Source of the DNA: an uncultured Chthonomonadaceae bacterium
GTDB taxonomy: Bacteria > Armatimonadota > Chthonomonadetes > Chthonomonadales > Chthonomonadaceae
DNA length: 46,844 nucleotides
Direction of reading: 5' to 3'
NCBI GenBank assembly: GCA_963835065.1
Contig: CAWIEK010000026.1
Coordinates: 1-46,844, forward strand
The position numbers and the translations under genes are program-made. Below are positions 22,101 through 32,336 of this stretch, piece by piece. A model generated the notes under the pieces. That model did no database searches, was not told where the DNA came from, and worked only from the letters and a program-made list of their open reading frames with translations. Within the stretch, counting starts at the first letter, position 1; each line of letters opens with the position of its first letter.

Positions 22101-22533
22101 ACTCCAACCCGGCGCGCAGCTTCCACAAGCAAACCGGGAGGCAATCGGCATCCGTCAGATACTTGTGGAGGGCGAAGATGTTTGGCTGGTTCCCGGTTCT
22201 TTCCCGAACCAACCCTACCAGATGCCCGCAGCGATCTTCGCGCCCCTGTACCATTATGAGAAGACGTCACAGCGATTCACAATCGTTTCGCCTGCGCCCG
22301 GCAAAACGCTGACGCCGGGCGCGCTGACGGCAACGGACAGGGGATTGTTGTTCGCGGCACGTGAAGGCGTGTACCGATTGGATGGCGCGGGAGGGGAGTG
22401 GCGTCCGGTTGCTATTCCCGCCCTGCCCGCCGCGTTCCCGCCCCTCCTCCCGGCTGTCGCCCGCGAAGACCAGAACAACTATTGGATACTCGGCGACGAA
22501 CACGCGCTCCGCTTCCGCAAGCCGCGCCGGTAA
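19192..22533 (+). CDS. Large secreted multi-beta-propeller protein
   Basis: 1113 aa; signal peptide; repeated lW.Gt..Gl..yd...g.w blades and yT..dGlp motifs; AAGGAG RBS. Confidence 0.8.
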   Translation: MNPSRYSRLMMVLVPVMAMVCALAFPRPAHTGQPAAFHLPVRTAGAIPEQTAGFRSLSHPFAPPAPVGNGNTDFHILDSERRTAPAAVGPNGTWYSAGVNNVLCSLLLPNETWLGTEFGVKRLNLQTRQTQHYTTLDGLPYSHITAIAGQNGVVVCAAIRQEPSGAGNAPFYRSFAVGQARVETTALCRFDALSGKWKVLDEDRREYVTADPPNGMEAKAIPLQSVVVNERYACLVPGIIQSGKPIALLCRLSDGFVDNLVAPEFLRQPFAVTSAQMDARYLWFGSSRGLLRCDLKTREWETLLPDAMIYSSAQAADGSLWVLAKTFGPFRADIQQGSIRDTRWEAVHIQEGQPPRPYLLKSWEEPQRAWAPAFLENITLADGKVWATVNRFGAGIHGQLAYLPDVLSLAPQTGQVTTQASISGDAKYDEIPTSVLVNSHTGWGILTPLRRPARFPGWICEAEAGEAAMLTMPRHDLDTITPQRMEWHFGARSNGGQSGNFLQREAASPGAGGNRVGELYAPPFVRVDAQEETWWPTAMKDPQDGRDKVYFLSGSFDIKLRVWDRASNTVSTPIEVTAALKRYKPQWPGGTMLLPGRGCLWIGTGEHVLRYDLASGRVEAAQEKTPDVGGYVPRHALLSVEGDTVWVKGAPNLLYTANPRVSSSLTPVALPPFPGDLERSRDKLALFALEDHIAWFTGLSFIAPNKRVLIGYNLLTRTWTKPIDASLPLISAGQTISTYKQGTTRWFPAYSREASAYGYDMASGQWTTLPLAPASENPWRVLLVGADARHFWYCDSARLYRLDREEKTWHYDALPFAFSDFQYKGVTPSGETLCFGSGSGAWLLDTTTGKWAQSPGVPVTSEDMYYQVKAVDAQAVWLDSMRAGVSLVARFDRQAHVWKTWTSADGVPPGYSRMIPDGSSCWLLAEGILYHLNTQTNHWDNISRRLYALKPDGTYSAEPETSPQTNEVISLQPGAQLPQANREAIGIRQILVEGEDVWLVPGSFPNQPYQMPAAIFAPLYHYEKTSQRFTIVSPAPGKTLTPGALTATDRGLLFAAREGVYRLDGAGGEWRPVAIPALPAAFPPLLPAVAREDQNNYWILGDEHALRFRKPRR

Positions 22534-22934
22534 GCAACGCTTCTCCTCCGTGTTCCGAACAGGCGGGATGCAGGGGAGGTTGAGAAAAGGGTATGTAGAG
22601 AGATCGTCGAAATCTTGGCAATGCAGCGCTTCCAGCCCGATGTCTCGTTGTGTCAGATTGTAGGGGTGAGAGGCGTCTTGGCCTCCGCAGCGTCAGGGTG
22701 GACGGGAGGGGTGGGACATGGGCCTGTACCTCCTTTGCTGAGTGAGTAGTTGATAGTTGATAGTTGATAGGAACTACGAATGTTCAGCCCTTCTGTCTGA
22801 ATGGTAGACACTTGTTTTATTTAGACAGGGGAACTGGGGCAAAAGGTTCGCTTTTTTCGCGTTATTTTGATCTTTTTTGGTCTCTTTTTGTTGGTATTTT
22901 TTCGCCGCGCTGAGAACGGGAAGGGGGAGGCAAT

Positions 22935-23133
22935 ATGCAGGCGGGAGCAAGTGGGTCGGAGATAGCTGCGCGTTTGCGGCGGCGGGCGGTTCGGCGCGCG
23001 TCCGCGTCCTGTGTATGATGTTGAAGCTCTCAAAGCCGCCTACGCGCCGTTTGCCGAGGAAGATTTGGCGTTGGCGGAAGCCGATAGCGAACATCGCGCC
23101 GTTTTGCTGCAACAGGAAGATGAGGCAGATTGA
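22935..23133 (+). CDS. Small acidic protein (one frameshift), antitoxin-like
   Basis: GGAGG RBS + ATG 22935 (MQAGASGSEIAARL..), continuing in a shifted frame as PVYDVEALKAAYAPFAEEDLALAEADSEHRAVLLQQEDEAD*. Confidence 0.5.
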
Positions 23134-23202
23134 TAAGAGGAGTTGGGACGGCAGAGCGCGAATTAACAATTGTGTTGTACAGGCAAGGACTTTGCGAAAC
23201 GG

Positions 23203-25844
23203 ATGAACACGCGCATGGATTTCCCGACCGGCATCGTTACGCTGGCTTTTACGGATATAGAAAACTCCTCGGATTTATCGGAGAAGCTGCGGGCTGCTTT
23301 TGAGCCGACGCGGGAAGCGCATTTTCGCCTGCTGCGCGAAAGCGTGGCGCGCTGGAACGGGCAGGAAGTCGGCACGGCGGGCGACTCGCTGTTTGTCGTC
23401 TTCGCCCTCGCTTCCGACGCGGCGCAATGGGCGATGGACGCGCAAAAGGAGTTGCTGGCGTTTGTCTGGCCGGAAGAAGTCGGCGCGCTCAAGGTACGAA
23501 TCGGACTGCATACGGGCGAACCCTATTTCCGCCCCGATGTGGGCAGGCCCGATTACTTCGGTCCCGCCGTGAACCGCGCGGCAAGGGTGATGAGCGCGGC
23601 GCATGGCGGGCAAATTCTGGTTTCCGATACGACCCGCGCGCTTGCCCTTCCCGGCCTGCCGACTGCTATAACGTTTCGGGACATGGGAACGCACCGCTTG
23701 AAGGGTGTCGGCGAAGAGCGCTTGTGGCAGGTGACAGCCCTCGGCCTGCCTTCCGAATTTCCGCCCCTCCACACGCTGGACCCGACCCGCCATAACCTGC
23801 CGCCCGCGCCAACCCCGTTCATCGGGCGCGAAAAGGAGATCGCCGATTGGCTGACGCGGCTGACAGGGGAAGCGCAAGTTCTCCCGGCTTCGGAAGCCAG
23901 CCCCTGTCCTGCCCCGAACGCGCCTGCTGACCCTGACCGGATTTGGCGGCATGGGCAAAACCCGCGCCGCGCTGCAACTTGCCGAATTGTGCGTGGAACG
24001 TTTCGCGCAGGGCGTTTGTTGGATTGAGTTGGAAGACGCGCATACGCCGGATGAGCTTTATTTGAAGATCGCGCAGCCGCTGCGCTTCGACATCCAAACC
24101 AACAGCCCCCTGCGCGAACAGGTGTTTGCGTTTTTGCGCGAACGGGAAATGCTGCTGGTTTTGGACAACAGCGAACAGGTACACGGCATGGGCGCGTTTG
24201 TCAACGACCTGCTCAAAGCCGCGCCGAAAACATCGCTGCTGGTCACGTCGCGCCGCGCATTGGAAGTGCGGGCGGAAACGGTGGTGGAACTGCGCCCGCT
24301 TCCCATCGGAGACGCCGAACGCCTGTTTGCCGACCGCGCCCGCGCCTGCCGCGACGATTTTGCCCTGACGCCCGAAAACAGGGAGGATGTGACCGCCCTT
24401 TGTCGCGGATTAGAGGGCGTTCCGCTTGCCCTCGAACTCGCCGCCGCGCGTATTACGGGCATGACGCCCCGGCAGATGCTGCCGCGCTTGCAGGAGCGGT
24501 TTCGGCTGCTCCAGTCCCGTTCGCCCGATTTGCCGCCGCGTCAGCGCGCCCTTCACGGCGCTATTGACTGGTCGTATGATCTGCTGGCGCAGGAGGAGCG
24601 GGACGTGTTCGCGCAACTGGCGGTGTTCGCGGGCGGGTTTGCGCTCGAAGATGCCGAAACCGTGTGCGAAGGCGCTGACGTATTTGAAAGCATAATGGAA
24701 CTGCGGCGTCATTCCTTCTTCGGCATGGAAACGGACGCGCAAACGCAGCAGGATCGGTTCGTGATGCTGGAAAGCCTGCGGGCGTATGCTCTTGAGCGGC
24801 TTGGCGAGCGGGCGGATGGGGAAGCGGCGCGGCAGCGCCATGCGGAATACTTTGCCCGGTTCGGAAGCGAGCGGATGGCGCAGTTCCGGCAGGCGGGGGA
24901 AGCGGATGCTCTGCGGGAACTGACGCGCAGCCTTGCCAACCTGCGAAGCGGGCAGGAATGGGCGCGAAGTGCAGGGCGGCGTGCGCTGTATGCCCAACTT
25001 GCCCTCACGGTGGGCGTGACGCTGGCGCGGAGCGGGTATCGCGCGCAGGCCGTTGCGCCGGTACAGGCGGGATTGGACGCGCTGCGAACGACTGCGGACG
25101 CGCCTTCGGATTTGCTGTTGGAATTGCTGCTGGAGCGGGCGGGCCTGCATCTGGAACTGAATGAGCAGCCCGAAGCGCGGGAACTGGCACGGCAGGCGCA
25201 CCGTCGGACAGAGGCCGTTGGGGATGTTCGGGGTGTGGGATGGGCGGAAAGCCTGCTCGGATGGGCGGACATGGAGGCAGGCGATTTCCCGGCGGCGCGA
25301 ACACGCTTCCAATCCGCGAGGGAATATGGCGAGGCCGCAAAAGCCCCTACCCTGTTGGGCGTCGTATACAACAATCTGGGCCTCCTCGAACGGCGCGACC
25401 CGCAGGGTGACAAGGCTGCGAGCGCGAGGCATTTGCAGGACGCTTTGCATATACGCCGTGCGCAGGGCGACATGCGTGGCCTCGCCGAAACGCTGACCAA
25501 CTTTGGCGTACTGGCCTTCGAGCAACAGGATTGGGGAGCCGCATGGAACTTCTATGGGGAAGCGCTGGAACTGGAACGTAAGTTGGGACACATTTTAGGG
25601 GTGGCGCTGGGGCTGTCCAATCTGGGCGAGGTGGCCTGCGAAAAGGAGTGAACAGGAACGCGCCTGCCGCCTGTTTGCCGTGTCCGAACACCTGTTGCAG
25701 GACCTGAACTCGCACCTGTCACCGGTCGTGTCCGAATATCTCGCACAGTCCGCCTCCCGGTGTGCCTGTGCCGGTGAACAGTTTCAGCAAGCCATTCGCG
25801 CCCTGTCTTTCGAGCAAATGCTGTCTTACGCTCTTGCCGCGTGA
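23203..25844 (+). CDS. Class III nucleotidyl cyclase - STAND ATPase - TPR protein (two frameshifts)
   Basis: FTDIENSS, GDS, VRIGLHTG, DYFGPAVNRAARV (cyclase); HNLP..TPFIGRE; Walker A LTGFGGMGKT across the shift near 23920; LLVLDNSEQV; LEGVPLALELAAA; TPRs. C-terminus continues after 25650 as ..LSFEQMLSYALAA* ending 25844. Confidence 0.9.
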
Positions 25845-25982
25845 CCATTTTACGACCCTTGTGCCGCAAAACAGCTATCGTGATTTTGTTGCCTGCTTGT
25901 ATCTGAGTCTGGCGAGTATGCCGTTCCCGCCCTGTGTTCGTCCGGCAAGCGCTATTTGCCTCTCCGGCAAGGAGAAATGCTG

Positions 25983-28900
25983 ATGAAACTGCGGCCTCGT
26001 TTTCTGCTCGTAACGGCACTGCTCCTGTGCTTGCCTGCTGCCATTCCTGCGCCTACCTGCGCGCAACCATTGCCTGCTGCTACCAGTCCTGCTGCTGTAA
26101 AACCGCCTGTTCCTATGCCGGAAGTGCAGAAATTGTTGAGCGTGGCTAATAAGGCGCGTAATACCTATCATTGGAACGAGGCATTACAAGGGTACAATAA
26201 AGCCTTGAAATTGGCGCGGATGCTGCATGATAAAGCCGGAGAGGCGATTACTCTGAACTACATTGGTTTTGTTTACAGTCGTACTGGTCAGCCACAGAAA
26301 GCCTTGGAGTTCTACACTCAGGCGTTACCACTTCACAAAGAGGTAGGCGGCAAGCGCGGCGAAGCTACTACGTTAAACAACATTGGTTTTGTTTACGACA
26401 ACATCGGTCAGCCACAGAAAGCCTTGGAGTTCTACACTCAGGCGTTGCCTTTGTACAAAGAAGTGGTGACAAGAGCGGCGAAGCAGCTACATTGAGCAAC
26501 ATCGGCGCGGTTTACGACAACATCGGTCAGCCACAGAAAGCCTTAGAGTTCTTCACTCAGGCGTTGCCACTTCGCAAAGAAGTAGGCGGCAAGCGCGGCG
26601 AAGCTACTACGTTAAACAACATTGGTTTTGTTTACAGTCGTACTGGTCAGCCACAGAAAGCCTTGGAGTTCTACACTCAGGCGTTGCCTTTGTACAAAGA
26701 AGTAGGCGACAAGAGCGGCGAAGCAGCTATATTGAGCAACATTGGTTTTGTTTACAGTCGTACTGGTCAGCCACAGAAAGCCTTGGAGTTCTACACTCAG
26801 GCGTTGCCTTTGTACAAAGAAGTAGGCGACAAGAGCGGCGAAGCAGCTACATTGAGCAACATTGGCTCGGTTTACGACAACATCGGTCAGCCACAGAAAG
26901 CCTTAGAGTTCTTCACTCAGGCGCTGCCACTTTGCAAAGAGATAGGCGACAGGAGCGGCGAAGCTTCTACGTTAAACAACATTGGCTCGGTTTACGACAA
27001 CATCGGTCAGCCACAGAAAGCCTTAGAGTTCTACACTCAGGCGCTGCCACTTTGCAAAGAGGTAGGCGACAGGAGCGGCGAAGCTTCTACGTTAAACAAC
27101 ATTGGCTCGGTTTACGACAACATCGGTCAGCCACAGAAAGCCTTAGAGTTCTACACTCAGGCGTTACCACTTCGCAAAGAGGTAGGCGACAAGAGCGGCG
27201 AAGCCACTACATTGAGCAACATCGGTTTCGTTTTTTGCCGACTGCATAATCTAATCCAAGCAGGAGACGCCTTTGCACAGGCAATTGCGCTTACGGAAAC
27301 CATTCGAGAAAACCTGGGTGGCTTGTCCGGTGCGAAAGTGGCGTATCTGGAAAGTCAACTGGACGCTTATTACGCCTATGCCGATGTGCTGCTTCAGGAA
27401 CATAAAAAGGATGAAGCGTTTGCTCTGGTGCAAAAGATGAAGGCGCGGGCATTGCTCGATCTGCTGGGTAGCGAGCGCGTCGTTCTCCAGAAAGCGATGA
27501 CTGGCGAGGAGCGTGAACACGAGCATACGCTGCGGCAAGCCTGCGATGCACTGAACGCGAAAATGATTGCGGAAGGCGCTCGTAATGAAGTCGGCAGCAA
27601 AAAGCGTTTTGAGGCACTTGCAGGAACAGTTGCGGCAGGCGGAAAGCGAACTCAGCAAATACACGGATACGCTGTATGCCCTGCATCCTGATCTTGCCCG
27701 ACAGCGCGTGGCGCATACGTTGACGACAATAGAAGCCGCGCGCCTGTTGCCGGCTGACACTGCCCTGCTGGAATATGCTGTATTGCGCGCGGGCAAGGAT
27801 AAAGACAAAGTAGACACTGTGATGGCGTTTGTGGTCACGTCGGATGGGAAAACAACGGCGCATACGCTGCCTGTCAAAGCCGAACAACTTGGCAACAATG
27901 CGCCGCTTTCCGTGATGCCTGCGCCGACCCGAATAAGCCGTTTCGTCCGCTTTCCCGGCAGTTGTACGATAGCCTGATTGCGCCCCTTGCGCCCCGCTTG
28001 ACCGGCAAAACCCACCTGCTGATTTGCCCGGACGGTCCGCTGTGGGATGTGCCGTTTGGAGCGCTCATGGCAGAAGAAAAGGAGAAAAGGAGAAAAGGAG
28101 AAAAGGAGCATTTGCCCTCAACTCTCAACTCTCAACCCTCAACATTTCTCGCTGATCGCTTCCTGATTACCTATGCGTATTCGGCAACGGGGGCACAGGC
28201 GGCGTTGCTGGCACGTCCGGCGGGAACAACAACGGGGGATGTTCTCGCGCTTGCCAATCCTGACTTCGGAGACACGCAGCGTTTTGGCGACAGTGTTGTT
28301 ATTCCCGGTCAGCGTCCGTTTGATAGACCGTCCCGACCTTTTGACCGCCCTTCGCGGCCTTTTGACAGACCTTCACGCCCGTTTGATCGTCCATCGCGTG
28401 ACTTGTTGACGCAGATACGGGGCGGCATTGCGGCTTTGCCCGGTACACAGCGCGAGGCGGATGTACTGCATACGCTGTACCCCAACGCGGCTATCTTCAC
28501 CGGCAAACAGGCGCAGGAAGCCACGTTCAAGGCCGAAGCCGGCAAGTACAAGTACCTGCATCTGGCGTCTCATGCCTTCTTCAACGACGCCGCGCCCCTG
28601 CTCTCCTCCGTGTTCCTTGCCGCGCCGCCCAAAACCGGAGCGGGCAGTGAAGAAGACGGGTTCCTCACTGCCCGCGAACTGCTGGACATGGACTTACACG
28701 CCGACTTGATCGTGCTGTCCGCCTGTCAGACGGCGCGAGGGCGAGAAACATTCCGGCGAGGGCATTGTGGGCATGACGTGGGCACTGTTTGTGGCGGGCT
28801 GTCCGACGCAGGTACTCAGCCAGTGGAGCGTGGACGATGCGGCGACAGCCTTGCTGATGACGCGCTTCTATCAGGAACTCAAAGCCGGACAGCCGAAGGG

Positions 28901-29000
28901 TACGGCCTTGCGCACGGCGGAACGGGAACTGCGCCGCAATGCCAAGTACGCCCATCCCTACTACTGGGCGCCCTTTCAGCTTGTCGGGCAGTGGCGGTGA
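25983..29000 (+). CDS. Secreted TPR-CHAT (caspase-HetF-like) protease, several frameshifts
   Basis: Signal peptide; TPR array; KARALLDLL; LLICPDGPLWDVPF; LPGTQRE; catalytic HLASHA and LSACQT; SQWSVDD; HPYYWAPF. Shifts near 26465, 27620, 27900-27960 and 28750. Confidence 0.92.
26235..27235 (+). repeat. Eight near-identical 120-bp TPR-coding tandem repeats
   Basis: gccacagaaagcctt recurs at 26291, 26411, 26530, 26650, 26770, 26890, 27010, 27130. Confidence 0.95.
28313..28396 (+). repeat. (RPFDRPS)x4 coding repeat, synonymously diverged
   Basis: Four 21-bp units with identical peptide and different codons. Confidence 0.95.
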
Positions 29001-29002
29001 TT

Positions 29003-29116
29003 TGTCGGAACCATGATTAGGCATGATTATAATGATTATCATGAGGGAGCAGACACAGGCTGGCGTTCGCAGCATCATGGTAATCATCGCAATCATGCCT
29101 AATCATGGTTCGGACA
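29003..29116. repeat. Intergenic long inverted repeat built from CATGATT-type ~9-mers
   Basis: tgtcggaaccatgattaggcatgatt ... aatcatgcctaatcatggttcggaca. Confidence 0.8.
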
Positions 29117-29168
29117 ATATGAAACCAATTCTCTGTTTCTATGGTCATTGTCAGTAGGAGGTGACGTG

Positions 29169-31913
29169 ATGTTCAACACCAAAGCGTTTGAGAATTCCCG
29201 CCCGGATGGATTTCCCGTGCTGGAAGTGGTTCCCGAAGTGGAAGGGGCCGAAATCCCCCGCGCGTTTGTGCCGCTGAAACATACCCTGCTGACCGGCGAT
29301 GTGGCCGGACCATTGGCGGCGCTCCACTTGACGCAGACGTTCGGGTACAGTCCGCTCCAATCCGACAAAGTTTTGGAGGCCGTGTATCGGTTCCCCCTGC
29401 CGGGAGATGCGGCGGTCATGGACGTTCGTGTGCAGTTCGGGGATGTGGAGATTGTTGCCGCATTGAAGGAGCGCCAGCAGGCCGAAACCGAGTATAAGGA
29501 AGCAGTTCGGCAGGGGCGGCAGGCGGCGCTTGCGACCCGCGAGTCGCCGGACGTGTTCACGCTGCGCATTTCGGGCTTGCAGCCGGGGCAGGACGTGAAA
29601 GTGGAAACGGAGTACGTGCAGTTGGCGAAGGCGGAAGGCAGGCAGTGGACGCTGCGAATTCCGCTCACCACGTCGCCGCGCTACGTTCGGGCGGATGAAG
29701 CGGGCAGCCGGACTGCGCAGGGACAGCCCCTCGCCCTGCTGCGCGACCCCGGCCATCGATTTGGTTTGGACGTGAAGTTTGAACACGCCGGGGAAGTGAA
29801 AAGTTCGACGCATACGCTGGACGCGCAGGATTTGGGCGGCAATGTCAAGCAAGTCCGGCTGCGGGACGGGGATGTTCTGCCGGACCGGGACTGCGTATTG
29901 TCATGGCAGGCGGTTCAGGAAGCCGCCGCTCCCGGCCTGAGCGTTCTGCTGCACGATGACAAGGCAAGCGGCTATGCGTATTTTCTCGCGCTTGTCGCGC
30001 CGCCGAAAGCGCCGACGGGCAACACGGACGTACCCCGCGAAATCGTTCTGCTGGTAGACCATTCCGGCTCGATGAACGGCGCGAAATGGGAAGCGTCGGA
30101 TTGGGCCGTGAAGCAGTTTTTGGGCAGCCTGACCGACAAAGACAGTTTCGCGCTCGGCCTGTTCCACAGCACGACAAAGTGGTACAAGCATGGCGGCCTG
30201 CACCGTGAAGCGCCCCATCCCGCCGCGTCCGCAAACGTGGAAAGCGCCCTCCGGTTTCTGGAAGCCAACAAGGACAGCGGCGGCACGGAACTCGGCGTCG
30301 CGCTGGAACAGGGATTGCATCTGCACCGCGCAGGTGGCGACCTTGCCCGCCATCTGCTGATCGTCACGGACGCGGAAGTGACCGATGAGGGCCGCTTGCT
30401 GCGCCTTGCCGACGGGGAAGCGGCCACGCCCAACCACCGGCGTATCAGCGTGTTGTGCATTGACGCCGCGCCCAACGCTTTTCTGGCGAACGAACTAGCG
30501 GAACGGGGCGGTGGCATCGCCAAATTCCTGACCAGTTCGCCCGATGAAGAGGACATCACGACGGCACTGGACGCGGTTCTGGAAGATTTCGCGCAGCCCG
30601 TATTGGCGAACCTGAAGCTGGAAGTGAACCGGGCAGGCGTGGAAGCGTCCGGGCGTAAAACCCTGCCGGGGCGAAGCGCGCAAAGCAGCGCGATTGACAT
30701 TGGCGACCTGCCGCGCGGACGGGCGGTTTGGGTTGTCGGGCGCGTGAAGCGTGGCAGCGACGCCAATTTGGATTTTGCCGTGACCGTCAACGGGCGGGAA
30801 GTGGTTCGCGCCGGTGTCAATGCAGAATCCAATGCCGCGCGCCCCGCAATCAAGGCGCTGTTCGGGGCAAAGCGCATACTGGCGCTGGAATACCTGACAA
30901 ACGCGCGTTACGACAGGGACGCCCTGCGGGAACAACTGACGCGGCTTGGCTACGATGCAAACGCGGTGTTGTCCAATGTGCAAAAAGGAACCGTATACGC
31001 CGAAAACGCCGACGCGCAGCCGCAAGCCGCGCTGAAAAACCTGCTGATAAAAGAAGCATTGGATTACGGCCTCGCGTCTTCGGAAACGGCGTTCGTGGCA
31101 ACTCGAACCGAAGCGGGCATGACGATAGAAGGCACGGTTGCCGTTGCCAACGCCCTGCCTTCCGGCTGGTCGGAGCAATTCCTTTCGGGCGCGGCTCCGG
31201 CAGGGGCGCTGTCATGTTGTGCGCATTGAGCGCGCCTTCGCCTCGCGCCGCCATGAGCAAGTTTGCGCAGAATCGAAAAAGCATTCCAGTGCAGGCGGCA
31301 GCATATCGTGCCCTTACCAGCTAGTGACTTGACGCAGACCGCCATACCGCAAGCGCCCATGAGCGCTCCGAGCGGATCGGTCAGCGACACCGGACAAAAG
31401 TTGCGTTGTGGAGGAAGTGCTCGAGATGGCGCGGCCACATTGGATGCGATGGCTAGGGAGCCGGAACGCGCTTTTTCCACGCCTGCGGACATGGCATACG
31501 CCGCCCTGCCGGTTAGCGCGCCATCTCCGACTGCCAACATCAGCCTGAGCGGGCAGGCGTTATTTTCCGGCGTCCCGGCGTTCACGAACGGCGAAGCGGT
31601 TTTGTTTGACACCGCCCGCATGGAAGACAGCGCGAAACTGCCTGCCAATGTGACGTTTACCAAGCTGGAAATCCGTTTCCCGCTTGTCAAACTGGATATT
31701 CATGCCGTTCCCAATGACCTGATGCTGCTCCTGTACGTGGACGATCTGGCGCAGCCCCGCGCCAGCGTCCGCCTGTTCGACCTGATGCGTCAGGGCATGG
31801 CGCGTCCCTTGAACGTGCTGCGCGCGTCCGGGCAGGCCGTCCGTATCGCGCTTGTGGACAATTCAGGAAATCCGCCCGCGATTCCGACAATGGAAGTGGC
31901 GCTGCGGTGGTAG
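29169..31913 (+). CDS. VIT + vWA domain protein with additional C-terminal domain (frameshifted at about 31210-31320)
   Basis: AGGAGGTG RBS; VIT (LEAVYRFPLPGDAAV..KERQQAETEY..VFTLRI); MIDAS DHSGS, GGTEL, IVTDAEV. ORF 31263-31913 probably continues the same protein. Confidence 0.88.
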
Positions 31914-32336
31914 AGTTGGTGGTTGGTGATTGGTGATTGGTGGCCGGGTATTTTCAATTCTGTAATAGCGCCCTTGTTTACAGGGGTTGAAAACCCCTTC
32001 TACAACAGCTCTTCCGCCCCCCCTCTTTTTAATCTACCCTTTCCCGTCGGACCCGGCCTACCGGGATAGGATTTAAGGCTTGTGTCAGCAAGAAACAGGC
32101 TGCCGGTTCACCCATCCTACCGTCATCCCGATCTTGCTAGAATTAGAGGAAACTGACCCTTCATTTCTGGTCGGAGAAAAATTTTTATGTGTCCGTTTCC
32201 TCCTTTTGGCTCCCGTCTATCCGGCTGATGTAGAGCGTACCTCGATGATATTCTTTGTCGTCGTGGGAGTGGAATGGAACCAGGCAAGATGCCGTCCTCG
32301 GGCGTGGTTTCATCCTGTCTTGCCTTTCTCATTAGT

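Noticed and set aside
26235..27235. Diversity-generating retroelement TR/VR pair
   Set aside because: These are in-frame tandem TPR units, differences are not adenine-specific, and no reverse transcriptase is present.
32123..32336. Small gene downstream of comEC
   Set aside because: Two short candidate frames on the minus strand, neither with recognisable features; cannot be supported.
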